Source: Candidatus Auribacterota bacterium (GTDB taxonomy: Bacteria; Auribacterota; JACPWU01). From it: a DNA stretch of 26,397 nt. The position numbers were made by a program, and so were the translations under genes. Below the pieces are notes generated by a model that was not told the DNA's origin, made no database searches, and saw only the letters and a program-made list of their open reading frames with translations. The stretch spans positions 1 to 26,397 of the forward strand of contig JAYRIK010000087.1 of NCBI GenBank assembly GCA_041906865.1, read 5' to 3'. Below are positions 8,458 through 17,761 of the stretch, one piece after another. Position 1 is the first letter of the stretch. Every line of letters starts with the position of its first letter.

Positions 8458-8479
8458 TAACCAATTGAGCTACACCCCC
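8458..8479 (-). repeat. 22-nt direct repeat of the tRNA-Asp 5' end (acceptor 5' strand into the D-loop)
   Basis: TAACCAATTGAGCTACACCCCC at 8458-8479 is identical to 8115-8136. Confidence 0.92.
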
Positions 8480-8556
8480 CCAACTTACAAAATCAAAATT
8501 TTTATTCAAAAACACCATTTGATGAGGCTAAAATCTACTCACCTTCACTGAAAAAG

Positions 8557-9813
8557 TCAATGTGCAATACAAACTTCCGCCATATTTTCAATAATAGCCT
8601 GACCAAACTCAGAACATTTCAAAAGTTTTGCACCCTGCATTTGACGCTCTAAATCATACGTCACACGCTTCTGTAAAAAAGTCTTCTGAAGGGCTTGAAC
8701 AACCAATTCCGAAGCTTCAATCCAATTCAAATGTTCTAGAAGCATGACTCCTGACAAGATCAAAGAGCTGGGATTGATACGATCCTGCCCCGCATATTTA
8801 GGCGCAGTTCCATGTGTAGCTTCGAATACAGCCACATCATCACCAATATTGGCACCAGGTCCAAGTCCCAATCCCCCAACTTGAGCCAAAAGAGCATCTG
8901 ACATGTAATCCCCATTTAAATTGGGTAAAGCCAAAACACTATATTCCAAAGGTCTTAAAAGGACTTGTTGAAACATAGCGTCTGCAATCACATCATTTAC
9001 TAAAACTTTGGTTTCAGGTGCTTTCCCTCCAAAATTCTTTTCTACCTCTTCCCATACAATAGTTTCATTAGCAAATTCTTGTTTAGCCACTTCATATCCC
9101 CATTCACGAAAAGCACCTTCCGTAAATTTCATGATATTGCCTTTGTGAACAATCGTCATAGAATGACGTTTGTGTTGAATGGCATATCGAATAGCCATAC
9201 GTACTAATCTCTTGGTTCCAAAAACACTGATAGGCTTAACGCCTACACCAGAATCAGAACGAACTTTGCATCCCATCTCTTCATTGAGAAAGCGAATGAC
9301 TTTTTCAACTTCTTTAGAACCTTGTTTCCATTCAATGCCCGCATACACATCTTCTGTATTCTCACGAAAAATAACCATATTCACATCTTGTGGCCTCTTG
9401 ACAGGACTTGGAACTCCTTCAAAATAACGCACAGGCCGTACACAAGCAAAAAGATCTAGCTCCTGACGAAGTGTCACATTGAGACTGCGAATGCCTCCTC
9501 CCACGGGAGTTGTTAAAGGGCCTTTAATGCCAACTCTAAAGTCTTTCAAATCCTGCAAAGTTTCTTGAGGAAGCCATTGTCCTGTTTTCTTGTAAGCTTT
9601 CTCTCCAGCAAAAACTTCTAACCATTGAATTTCTCTACTTCCTCCATAAGCCTTTTTCACTGCAGCATCAAACACAGGTTGTGCTGCTGCCCAAATATCG
9701 GGACCTACGCCATCTCCTTCGATATAAGGAATAACAGGTCTATCAGGAACTTTCAGAAAAGCGCCCTCTTTTGTAATTTTACTTCCTTTTTTCAAAATAT
9801 CCTGACGTGTCAT
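8557..9813 (-). CDS. icd: Isocitrate dehydrogenase (NADP), E. coli-type homodimeric
   Basis: [61 protein letters not shown]. Confidence 0.97.
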   Translation of the reverse strand: MTRQDILKKGSKITKEGAFLKVPDRPVIPYIEGDGVGPDIWAAAQPVFDAAVKKAYGGSREIQWLEVFAGEKAYKKTGQWLPQETLQDLKDFRVGIKGPLTTPVGGGIRSLNVTLRQELDLFACVRPVRYFEGVPSPVKRPQDVNMVIFRENTEDVYAGIEWKQGSKEVEKVIRFLNEEMGCKVRSDSGVGVKPISVFGTKRLVRMAIRYAIQHKRHSMTIVHKGNIMKFTEGAFREWGYEVAKQEFANETIVWEEVEKNFGGKAPETKVLVNDVIADAMFQQVLLRPLEYSVLALPNLNGDYMSDALLAQVGGLGLGPGANIGDDVAVFEATHGTAPKYAGQDRINPSSLILSGVMLLEHLNWIEASELVVQALQKTFLQKRVTYDLERQMQGAKLLKCSEFGQAIIENMAEVCIAH

Positions 9814-9837
9814 ATAAAATCCGTATTTTATTTATGT

Positions 9838-11004
9838 TTAAATTTTCTTCAAAAAAGCTTCTATTCGATCTAACCCCTTCTTAATATTCTCCATCGAAGT
9901 CGCATAAGAAAGACGAATATGATCATCACTCCCAAAGGGAGCTCCTGGAACCAAAGCCACATGTGCTTCTTCTAAAAGCATTTGAGAAAGTTTGGCGGAA
10001 GGGATACCCAATCTTGAAATATTTGGGAATACATAAAAAGCGCCTTCCGGTTTTCTCACACTTACTTTAGGAATTGCATTGAGCCGATCAACAATATAAT
10101 CCCGTCTTTCTTGAAAAGCTTTCACCATTGGCTTAATACAGTCATCTCCACCTCGAAGTGCGGCAACTGCAGCCTTTTGAGAAATCGATGTTGGATTGGA
10201 GGTGCTATGACTTTGTAAACGATTCATAGCACTCACCACATGTGCCGGTCCTGCTGCATAACCAATACGCCAGCCCGTCATGGAATAAGATTTGGAAACA
10301 CCATTGATAATCAATGTTTGTTCTTTACCAAAAGAAGCTAAGGTGGAATGTTTCAACCCATCATAAAGAACCTTTTCATAAATCTCATCTGAAACAACAT
10401 AAATACCATCCGAAAAAGCAATTTTTGCAATTTCCTTTAATTCATTTTCATGATAAGCAGCACCGGTTGGATTCGACGGGCTGTTCATGATAATCACTTT
10501 GGTTTTACGACTCACCACTTTCTTAAGATCATTGGGATCTATTTTAAACCCATTTTCTTCTCGCGTACGCAAATAAACAGGAGTCGCATTGGCCAATTTT
10601 ACAAGTTCAGGATACGTCACCCAATAAGGAGATGGAATGATGACTTCTTCATCTTTATCACACAAAGATAAAATAGCATTAAATAAAGAATGTTTAGCGC
10701 CACAAGAAACAATCACATGTTCAGGACCATAATCCAGTCCCTGATCTTTTTTTAATTTTTCGCAAATGGCTTTTTTTAATTCAGCCGTTCCGGGTGTCGG
10801 CGTATATTTGGTAAAACCTTCATCAATGGCTTTCTTGGCCGCATCTTTAATATGTTGAGGCGTATCAAAATCAGGCTCTCCTGCAGCAAAATTAATTACA
10901 TCAATCCCCTGGGCCTTAAACTCTGCTGATCTTGCATTAATGGCCAAGGTTTCAGATTCACTGATTCCCATCACACGCTTTGATAAGCCTGTCAAACCTT
11001 TCAT
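9838..11004 (-). CDS. aspC: PLP-dependent aminotransferase class I/II, probably aspartate aminotransferase
   Basis: GEPDFDTP, NSPSNPTG, SDEIY, GVSKSYSMTGWRIGY (PLP Lys). Confidence 0.9.
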   Translation of the reverse strand: MKGLTGLSKRVMGISESETLAINARSAEFKAQGIDVINFAAGEPDFDTPQHIKDAAKKAIDEGFTKYTPTPGTAELKKAICEKLKKDQGLDYGPEHVIVSCGAKHSLFNAILSLCDKDEEVIIPSPYWVTYPELVKLANATPVYLRTREENGFKIDPNDLKKVVSRKTKVIIMNSPSNPTGAAYHENELKEIAKIAFSDGIYVVSDEIYEKVLYDGLKHSTLASFGKEQTLIINGVSKSYSMTGWRIGYAAGPAHVVSAMNRLQSHSTSNPTSISQKAAVAALRGGDDCIKPMVKAFQERRDYIVDRLNAIPKVSVRKPEGAFYVFPNISRLGIPSAKLSQMLLEEAHVALVPGAPFGSDDHIRLSYATSMENIKKGLDRIEAFLKKI

Positions 11005-11025
11005 TGATCAACTCCTTATGAAATC

Positions 11026-12243
11026 TTACTGAACCGTAGCCCCGTAAAAATTTTCAATTAATGGTCGAATATCATTATCTGCAATATTCAAAATTTTAAT
11101 TTCTCTCTCTGCATTGGCAACCGAATCAGAAGCATGAGCAGCATTGACCAAAATATTTTGGCCATATTCTCGACGTACTGTCGCAGGAGCCGCTTTATTG
11201 GGATCTGTTAACCCTAGCACTCCACGTATTTTTGAAACAGCGTCTTTCCCCTGATAAACCAAAGCGAGACACTTTTGTTGGCCAGGAGCCTTTCTAACAG
11301 CAGGATCCTTCACTTCTGAAGGATTATACCCTGTCATAAATTGAACAATTTTATTAAATTCATTTTGAGCATATATAGGGGATAACTCTGCACCTGCTTT
11401 TTCAATAAAAGAATCTGGGACCACAAAATCAAATCTTGCCGATAAAGCTGCACTGACTTGTTCTTTTACGCGAGGTGTCATTTTTTCCTGAAGAACTTTT
11501 TGCACAGGGCCATAAAACTCTAATGCCTGATCAATGCTCATCTGTACCAAACGTGCCCCAATGATATAAAGTCCTGTTTTGGAAAACATATCAATGATAT
11601 TGCCCACACGACTGGTAGGTCTTTGAAAATTTTCTGGTTTAATCAAAACTAAAACTTTCTCAGGGTGCACACCTTCTCCATGCTTCACAACTTTTTCTAA
11701 AATTCCCCCATCTTCATCTGAATACTTTGCCCAAAGTGCTAAGCTTTTCTGGGAAACCTTCCCATTGGGGATGACCAAAACAGCGGGTTCAAAATAGCGA
11801 ACCATTCCTTTTTTATCTAAAACGCAATCCCCATATGTATCTCGAATGGTTTCGCCACTGATGGTCATCGATGTAATATGCCCAACCACTTCATCTCTAA
11901 TTTTTTGAACTGCATTTTCCCCTTGAAAAAGAAGCATGAGAACACGCCGTCTCTGACCTGTTTCACTATCAGGTGAAAAATTTTCTAAAACATAATTGGC
12001 AATAAGATCTCTGATTAAAGCTTTACCTTCTTTATTATCGGCTCGAATATCTAAATCATCCTGAGTATCTTGCTTTCGAATCTCATCTACAAAATCACGC
12101 ACCAAGGCTTGACTTGGAGAAAATAGACGAACTCCGACCAATTCCTGATCTGTACGACCTAATAGTCTTGCAACCACTCCACCTGTTCTGGATTTAAGAA
12201 TGGTATAAGGGGTAATTAAAACATATGCGAGTTCTTTTGCCAT
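11026..12243 (-). CDS. ndk: Long, tandem-domain nucleoside-diphosphate kinase
   Basis: Two NDK-like units. The C-terminal unit has PATVRREYG..NAAHASDS; the N-terminal unit has GETIRDTYG but no equivalent His motif. Start set at ATG 12243 (AAGGAG upstream). Confidence 0.82.
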   Translation of the reverse strand: MAKELAYVLITPYTILKSRTGGVVARLLGRTDQELVGVRLFSPSQALVRDFVDEIRKQDTQDDLDIRADNKEGKALIRDLIANYVLENFSPDSETGQRRRVLMLLFQGENAVQKIRDEVVGHITSMTISGETIRDTYGDCVLDKKGMVRYFEPAVLVIPNGKVSQKSLALWAKYSDEDGGILEKVVKHGEGVHPEKVLVLIKPENFQRPTSRVGNIIDMFSKTGLYIIGARLVQMSIDQALEFYGPVQKVLQEKMTPRVKEQVSAALSARFDFVVPDSFIEKAGAELSPIYAQNEFNKIVQFMTGYNPSEVKDPAVRKAPGQQKCLALVYQGKDAVSKIRGVLGLTDPNKAAPATVRREYGQNILVNAAHASDSVANAEREIKILNIADNDIRPLIENFYGATVQ

Positions 12244-12263
12244 GACTTCACTCCTTCGATTTT

Positions 12264-12293
12264 TCTGCCAAAGGCAGATCCGCCTCAGGCGGA
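12264..12293. repeat. Tandem double hairpin (REP-like) just upstream of the ndk RBS
   Basis: TCTGCC-AAA-GGCAGA followed directly by TCCGCC-TCA-GGCGGA. Confidence 0.75.
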
Positions 12294-12440
12294 GATTATT
12301 CAATTTTCTTTAATCGGGGGTGGATTGTAGCAAATAGAAAAAGAATACTCAATTGCTAATCATCCCAATCACCTGCTGTTAGCCTTACAAGTTTCAACAA
12401 GCCAGGGGATACTCTTCAATGAAATACAGAATGGGGGCAT

Positions 12441-12476
12441 AAAAAAACAGGCAGGAGACATCTCTCCTGCCTGTTT
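12441..12476 (-). terminator. Rho-independent terminator downstream of the small Cys4 gene
   Basis: 14-bp stem AAACAGGCAGGAGA/TCTCCTGCCTGTTT, 4-nt loop, U-tract on the minus strand. Confidence 0.85.
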
Positions 12477-12488
12477 GCTTTAAAAAAA

Positions 12489-12632
12489 TTACTTCTTAGG
12501 AAGAATCTTAAACATACCCGTACCACAGCTTGGGCATTTGCCTTGAGCAGCTTTCTTACCATTTTTCATAACTACTTCTTTAACTTCTGTCATCTCTTTC
12601 TTTGCCTTACACTTCACGCAATAGCCTTCCAT
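12489..12632 (-). CDS. Small zinc-ribbon protein, DUF5679-like (47 aa); not in the ORF track
   Basis: MEGYCVKCKAKKEMTEVKEVVMKNGKKAAQGKCPSCGTGMFKILPKK; two CxxC pairs, GGAGG RBS, own terminator. Confidence 0.9.
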   Translation of the reverse strand: MEGYCVKCKAKKEMTEVKEVVMKNGKKAAQGKCPSCGTGMFKILPKK

Positions 12633-12737
12633 GATTCCTCCGTTCTTTTTAAAGTCAAAAATCTACTCATTCATTTAGATAGGGCATCTTCATCCTACTT
12701 TTTTAAGTAGAACTTTGTCAAACGTTATTCAAAGACC

Positions 12738-12829
12738 GGATATTGTGGTTAGTGGATAGGGAATTGATAAAACCAGAAATTGCGAATCACTGTTTTAAAC
12801 ACGATCCCCTATTCACAATCCCCAATACC
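12738..12829. repeat. Degenerate inverted heptamer-repeat arms (TGGATAG / CTATTCA type)
   Basis: GGATATTGTGGTTAGTGGATAGGGAATTG faces GATCCCCTATTCACAATCCCCAATACC; 7-nt periodicity seen by eye. Confidence 0.5.
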
Positions 12830-12835
12830 CTGTCA

Positions 12836-13963
12836 TTAAAACTTCAGTCTTCCTCCCAGCATTGGGCCCTGAAGCGTCACCTCGCCAGAATTATCATCTT
12901 CTTCAACTTTTAAAAAGAGGTATCGATAATCAGCAGACAATTCTAAAGTGTCCCAAAAGGTATAAGCCAAACCTGCTTGAATGTCAAAAACTTCTGCTTT
13001 CACATCACTGATGTCAAAACTCATCCCACGCATTCTGGCATGCGCTTCAAGGTTTTCCGTAAGATTAAATCCTGCTTGAACACCTAAGGTCACTGTTCCA
13101 GCATCCAAAGAAGAACTCACAGAACCAATTAAATCATCGGAAAGTTTCCCATCCAAATGAATATATTCGCCTCCCACCGCGAAACCTAAATATCCCCAAG
13201 ATCCATTGAATGGATTAATTTCAACCCAACCGCTAAATCGATCCACATCTAACTCTCCTCTGACGGTATCAGAAATATCAAAAAACCTTCCATCAAAAGC
13301 AATGGATTCATCTATCACTTTACTTCCTTCAATCCCAGCTGTCATATATTCTGCCTGAAATTTCAGCCAGGATAAAGGCTGAACCCAAAGTGAAATAACG
13401 GGGATTCCCACCATATCATCTACACCCAAATCATCCACCAGATCAATATCTGTCCCAATAATGCCAGGCACAGAAATTTGAGCTTTCGCGTCTAAAAATG
13501 CAAACCACCAAGCTAGTCCCACACCTATAAACTTCCTTCTTTTTTCACTTTCAGACTTTTCAGCAGGAACCGCCGCAGAAGCAACTGCAGCCGGCGGGGG
13601 TGAAGAATGCATGGGTTCTTTTTCAAGAATCGGTTGAGCTTCTTCTAAATGATCGTTTAATTCAGGAGAAGAAGGCGCTGGAGGAGGAACATATTTAGGT
13701 TGAGACACTGGAGTTAAAGAAGATTCAGAAATCCTCAGTATTTGCCCAACTCGGAGGCGATTTTTATTTTGAATATGATTTTTTTCAGCAAGTTCCTTCA
13801 CAGAAATACCATAATGACGAGCAATACCATATAGCGTATCGCCTTTTTTGACAACATACGTATCTACTGATTCGTTGCGACTTTGTGCTTTGATTGACAC
13901 AGGTAAAGCAAAAAGAAAGAAAAGTAATAAACAACTCACGCTTTTTTTCATATTATTCCTCAT
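12836..13963 (-). CDS. Signal peptide + LysM domain + Pro-rich linker + outer-membrane beta-barrel (TIGR04219-like)
   Basis: LysM TYVVKKGDTLYGIARHYGISVKELAEKNHI..LRVGQILRI; barrel GTDIDLVDDLGVDD..GPMLGGRLKF with C-terminal Phe. Alternative start at 13951. Confidence 0.82.
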   Translation of the reverse strand: MRNNMKKSVSCLLLFFLFALPVSIKAQSRNESVDTYVVKKGDTLYGIARHYGISVKELAEKNHIQNKNRLRVGQILRISESSLTPVSQPKYVPPPAPSSPELNDHLEEAQPILEKEPMHSSPPPAAVASAAVPAEKSESEKRRKFIGVGLAWWFAFLDAKAQISVPGIIGTDIDLVDDLGVDDMVGIPVISLWVQPLSWLKFQAEYMTAGIEGSKVIDESIAFDGRFFDISDTVRGELDVDRFSGWVEINPFNGSWGYLGFAVGGEYIHLDGKLSDDLIGSVSSSLDAGTVTLGVQAGFNLTENLEAHARMRGMSFDISDVKAEVFDIQAGLAYTFWDTLELSADYRYLFLKVEEDDNSGEVTLQGPMLGGRLKF

Positions 13964-13975
13964 ATATTCCTCGTT

Positions 13976-16192
13976 TTAAAAAAGATTAAAGGGTGATTTT
14001 TTGCTTTTCCCCTCACCTGCATCACTTTTACTTTCACTTCCAAAAAGTCCTTTCAAAGGATTATTTTTTGAATTTGTCCCTGACGATTCTGTGTCTGAAG
14101 ATTCTGTTGGAGAAGATTTTTCTCCTCCTAGAAGTTGACTTAACGGATTAGAACCTTTTTTACCTTCTGATTCACCTTCTTTTTTCTGTCCTAAAAGACT
14201 CCCTAACTTATCCCCCAATTGGCCCTTGGCCAGAGAAGAAACAAGACCTGCGATGTCGGGCAGCACCACAGGTTTATCCAAAGGGCCTGTGATTTGAGCT
14301 GGAATAAGCAAACCTTCTTCCTCCATCGGCAAAACTGAAGATTTTTTGCCTTGCAGCATTTTCTCTGTAAATTTTTTTGAAAAAACCACTTGGGCTTGAA
14401 TATTGGATTGAAGAGCAAAATCTACAGTTCCTTTTCCACGGAATTGAAAATCTTCTGAAGTTAAATTTGCTTTTTCTAAATTGATTCTCCCACTCCCAAT
14501 CAAAAGATCTACTATAAAATCTTTAAAAGGAGTTACGGTCTCTTGAGTTTTTGCTTCCTCTTGCATTTGAGCCAAGCCTGGCAAAACACTTGCAAGCAAA
14601 GGATTATTCAGCTTTAACAAAACCTCACTTTTAAGATTTTTTCCAACCAATTCTCCTTTTTTAACTTCCAAATTGGCTTTTCCACTTAAGTTTTTTTCAA
14701 GATCACTTCTTTCAAGTCCTGCACCTTGAATTTGTGCTTGTCCCGTAAGAACTCCTCGTATTTTTTCTTCTCCTAAATTTGCAACTGAAAGCTTCTCAAG
14801 TTTTAATCCCTGAAGATGTGAATCAAAATCATATTGTAATTTGGGGCTCTGAAGATTCACGTGTCCTGAACCTTCAATATTTCCATCAGAAGTATTAAGG
14901 GAAAATTTCTCAAAAGACAAAATCCCTTTGTCCAGTAAGGCCTTTAAGGTCACATCTGTCAGGACATTCTTCTTAACAGTTACATTTTTTAAATGTGCAT
15001 CAAATGTACCATGAGCTTTTTGAAAAGATTGATTGCCCACCAAGGGATTTTCAGAAACACTCCCACTTGGAGAAGAGGAAGATTTTGCTCTTGCCGATGT
15101 TTTCTTTGTAGGAGCTTCAGAAATTTTTTCAGGAGCTTGAGTTGAAACCAGCATAAAATCATTTAAATCTAATTTTTCAGAAGCCAAATCAAATTTAAAC
15201 TGCGGAGCTTCTCCATTCGAAAATTCTCCAGTAAGCAGAAGATCTGAGTTTCCCAACTGAAGATTGAGTTCATTCAAAACAAATTGGCTGGGTTTTTTCC
15301 AATTAAGTTCTCCCTTCAAACGTAAATTCTTACCAGAAGGAAGAAGTTGAAAAGTTAATTCCCCTTTTGCAGTCAAAACATCTGCTTTGCCTTGGACATG
15401 TCCTTGAAAATTTAATTCTTCAAAACTTCCATTTTGCCATGTATCTGCCGCAACAACACCGTTCAAATCTTTTGCGCTAAAATGCTCTAAAGAAGCGTCT
15501 AATTCAGCTTCAAGAAGAGCAAGATTCCCTAAAGATCCCACTTTACCTTTGAAAGAAAACTCAGACTTTTCTCCAATTTTTCCTGATAAATCAATAGAAC
15601 ATCCTTTAACTAATGAAAAATTACGAATATCTAAATCTACATCATGAAGACGAAAAACGATTGCCTCACCTGAAGCCTGTTTTTTCTCAGAAGTCAATTC
15701 TGCATCCTTAATCTGAATTAAATCGATTGAAATATCGGGTTTGGAAGCTTGAGTTTCTTCAGGCCCTTGATTCTCTACTTTTTGTTCAGAAGAAGAGGTC
15801 GGTGAAGAAACCTTCATCAAACTTGAAAAATTATAAGTCCCCTCACTTTTCTCAACCACGTTTAATTTGGGATGATTTAAAACAATAGCTTGAATAATCA
15901 CTTTTTTACTCAAGAGAGGAAAAAGTTTTGCGCGAACTTGAAGGCCTGCCAAACTTGCAAAAACATTTTCGGAATTTTCTTCATAAATCATCAAGTCTTT
16001 AAGATTAAGACCGATGGAAGGAACAACACTTACACTTAAACCTGACAAAGAAATTTTACGCCCTAATTTTTCACTTAAAATCGTTGTCACCTTCTCACGA
16101 ACAAAGGGACGATTCACCATAAACTGGGCTACAAAAAAAAGACCCACCAATAAAAGAACAAAAACAATGGAAAGACGAACAAGAATTTTCAT
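13976..16192 (-). CDS. AsmA-family protein (bridge-like lipid-transfer superfamily)
   Basis: N-terminal TM anchor, then LSEKLGRKISL..GLQVRAKLFPLLSKKVIIQAIVLNHPKLNV; C-terminal PFKDFIVDLLIGSG..IPAQITGPLDKP. Start moved to ATG 16192. Confidence 0.88.
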   Translation of the reverse strand: MKILVRLSIVFVLLLVGLFFVAQFMVNRPFVREKVTTILSEKLGRKISLSGLSVSVVPSIGLNLKDLMIYEENSENVFASLAGLQVRAKLFPLLSKKVIIQAIVLNHPKLNVVEKSEGTYNFSSLMKVSSPTSSSEQKVENQGPEETQASKPDISIDLIQIKDAELTSEKKQASGEAIVFRLHDVDLDIRNFSLVKGCSIDLSGKIGEKSEFSFKGKVGSLGNLALLEAELDASLEHFSAKDLNGVVAADTWQNGSFEELNFQGHVQGKADVLTAKGELTFQLLPSGKNLRLKGELNWKKPSQFVLNELNLQLGNSDLLLTGEFSNGEAPQFKFDLASEKLDLNDFMLVSTQAPEKISEAPTKKTSARAKSSSSPSGSVSENPLVGNQSFQKAHGTFDAHLKNVTVKKNVLTDVTLKALLDKGILSFEKFSLNTSDGNIEGSGHVNLQSPKLQYDFDSHLQGLKLEKLSVANLGEEKIRGVLTGQAQIQGAGLERSDLEKNLSGKANLEVKKGELVGKNLKSEVLLKLNNPLLASVLPGLAQMQEEAKTQETVTPFKDFIVDLLIGSGRINLEKANLTSEDFQFRGKGTVDFALQSNIQAQVVFSKKFTEKMLQGKKSSVLPMEEEGLLIPAQITGPLDKPVVLPDIAGLVSSLAKGQLGDKLGSLLGQKKEGESEGKKGSNPLSQLLGGEKSSPTESSDTESSGTNSKNNPLKGLFGSESKSDAGEGKSKKSPFNLF

Positions 16193-16335
16193 GAATCCCC
16201 CTAAAATTTTAAACTTCAAAATAAATTTAAGAAAATTCTGACCTTTTAATGAAGAAGATGCAAGAGGATAATTTAAAGAAACTTAAACTACGAAGACAAA
16301 AACTTAAAATGAAGAAATGTTTATCAATTCATTTT

Positions 16336-17370
16336 TTATGATTTGACCCAACCCAAAGCACTCGCCAGAGACCGAACGGATTTTCGAAAACTAGTCACGG
16401 AATCATTGACCGCCGTAGGCTCGTATCCCGAATGAACCATGCAATTCTCACATTTTGGATTACCACTTTTATGGCCGTACTTCGACCATTCTGTGGCTTC
16501 CAAGAGTTCTTGGAAAGTTTCTGCATAGCCCGCCTCTGCCATCAAGTAACATGGCTTCTGCCAACCTAAAACGCTGTAATTAGGATTCCCCCAGGGGGTA
16601 CATTCATAATCTTGCTTGCCCATTAAGAATTCCAAATAAAAAGGAGAATGATTAAATTTCCAACGTTTTCTCAAAGAAGATCCATTGGCATTAAGAATAT
16701 TCGAAAAAAGTTTTTGAGTTTGTCCTCTTTTAAGAAAATGTTCTTGATCGGGAGCCTTTTCATAAGCATAACCTGGAGAAACCATCATTCCATCAACCTC
16801 AAGTTCAGTGAGCCGGTCAAAAAGATTAATGATTTCTTGAGGATCTGTTCCATCAAAAACTGTAGTATTAGTCGTAACGCGAAAACCTTTGGCTTTGGCT
16901 GTTTGAATCGCACTCACTGCTTGTTTGAAAACACCTTTGCGATCCACCGCCTTGTCATGAAGATTTTCCAGGCCGTCCATATGAACACTAAATGTCAAGT
17001 AAACAGAAGGTTTAAATTTATGAATGTGTTTTTCAAGAAGAATAGCATTGGTACAAAGATAAATAAATTTTTTACGTTCGATCAGGCCCTGAATAATTTC
17101 TTCGATTTGAGGATGTAAAAGAGGTTCTCCTCCAGCTACTGAAACAATCGGAACACCGCACTCTTCAACTGCATGAAAACATTGCTCAGGTGTTAAATTT
17201 TTTCTTAAAATTTCGGCCGGATATTGAATTTTTCCACAACCCGGGCAGGCCAAATTACATCTAAAAAGAGGTTCCAGCATCAAAACCAAAGGATAGCGCT
17301 TTCTTTTTTGTAAGCGCTGCTTTAAAACATATCCGCCCACTTTTGCAATTTGTCGAATTGGAACTCCCAC
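16336..17370 (-). CDS. hpnH: Adenosyl-hopene transferase HpnH (radical SAM, hopanoid side-chain biosynthesis)
   Basis: [23 protein letters not shown] (CxxxCxxC), [32 protein letters not shown]. Confidence 0.93.
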   Translation of the reverse strand: MGVPIRQIAKVGGYVLKQRLQKRKRYPLVLMLEPLFRCNLACPGCGKIQYPAEILRKNLTPEQCFHAVEECGVPIVSVAGGEPLLHPQIEEIIQGLIERKKFIYLCTNAILLEKHIHKFKPSVYLTFSVHMDGLENLHDKAVDRKGVFKQAVSAIQTAKAKGFRVTTNTTVFDGTDPQEIINLFDRLTELEVDGMMVSPGYAYEKAPDQEHFLKRGQTQKLFSNILNANGSSLRKRWKFNHSPFYLEFLMGKQDYECTPWGNPNYSVLGWQKPCYLMAEAGYAETFQELLEATEWSKYGHKSGNPKCENCMVHSGYEPTAVNDSVTSFRKSVRSLASALGWVKS

Positions 17371-17479
17371 AGAATACCCCTTTTATATAATAGGCAAACA
17401 CTTTATCTATAATCTAAATCATAGTCAACGTTAGAATCCATTATGCATAATGCATATAAGGCACCCCCCTTATCATGGC

Positions 17480-17515
17480 AAAAAAAGCGCCTAGGTATGG
17501 GGGCAACCTAGGCGC
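17480..17515 (-). terminator. Rho-independent terminator downstream of the Tyr-rich peptide gene
   Basis: 10-bp stem GCGCCTAGGT/ACCTAGGCGC followed by U7 on the minus strand. Confidence 0.82.
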
Positions 17516-17536
17516 CGGTACTACGAACAACTGTGT

Positions 17537-17761
17537 TTAGCAGCCGTAATCGTAGTAAACTACAGGGGCTGAATAATAACCATAATCATAGTAGTATCGA
17601 GGATAGCAATAGTCATATCTCGGAGCATAATAAGTCCGATGGTATCCTCCCCAAGGACGATAGCAAGATCGATGATAACAATCTGCATTGGCTGAGGAAA
17701 TCATTCCTTCGGTAAAAAGAAGCCCTACGATAGCGATTAACAAAGCAATTGTTTTTTTCAT
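17537..17761 (-). CDS. Small secreted Tyr-rich peptide (74 aa)
   Basis: MKKTIALLIAIVGLLFTEGMISSANA signal (ANA-D cleavage), 48-aa mature part with 17 Tyr and 4 Cys. AGGAG RBS at ATG 17761, terminator follows. Confidence 0.82.
   Translation of the reverse strand: MKKTIALLIAIVGLLFTEGMISSANADCYHRSCYRPWGGYHRTYYAPRYDYCYPRYYYDYGYYSAPVVYYDYGC

Noticed and set aside
7863-8479. Split or intron-containing tRNA-Asp built from the outer 5' and 3' fragments
   Set aside because: The fragments lack the anticodon arm, and an intact tRNA-Asp lies between them.
8385-8483. N-terminal extension of the GIY-YIG ORF
   Set aside because: It is translated from the tRNA fragment and hairpin; the domain starts at MWYVY.
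8480-8510. Possible sigma70 promoter TTGAAT-N17-TAAGTT upstream of the tRNA-Asp 5' fragment
   Set aside because: Weak match in very AT-rich DNA, and the implied start would fall inside the tRNA fragment.
12244-12303. N-terminal extension of ndk
   Set aside because: It crosses a REP-like double hairpin, and the RBS supports ATG 12243.
9179-17118. Antisense or off-frame ORFs in icd, aspC, asmA and hpnH (9179, 9625, 10450, 14203, 16014, 16648)
   Set aside because: They are shadows of well-supported genes.
16336-17761. Radical-SAM RiPP cluster (SAM enzyme plus peptide)
   Set aside because: The enzyme matches HpnH motifs closely, and a terminator separates the peptide gene from it.
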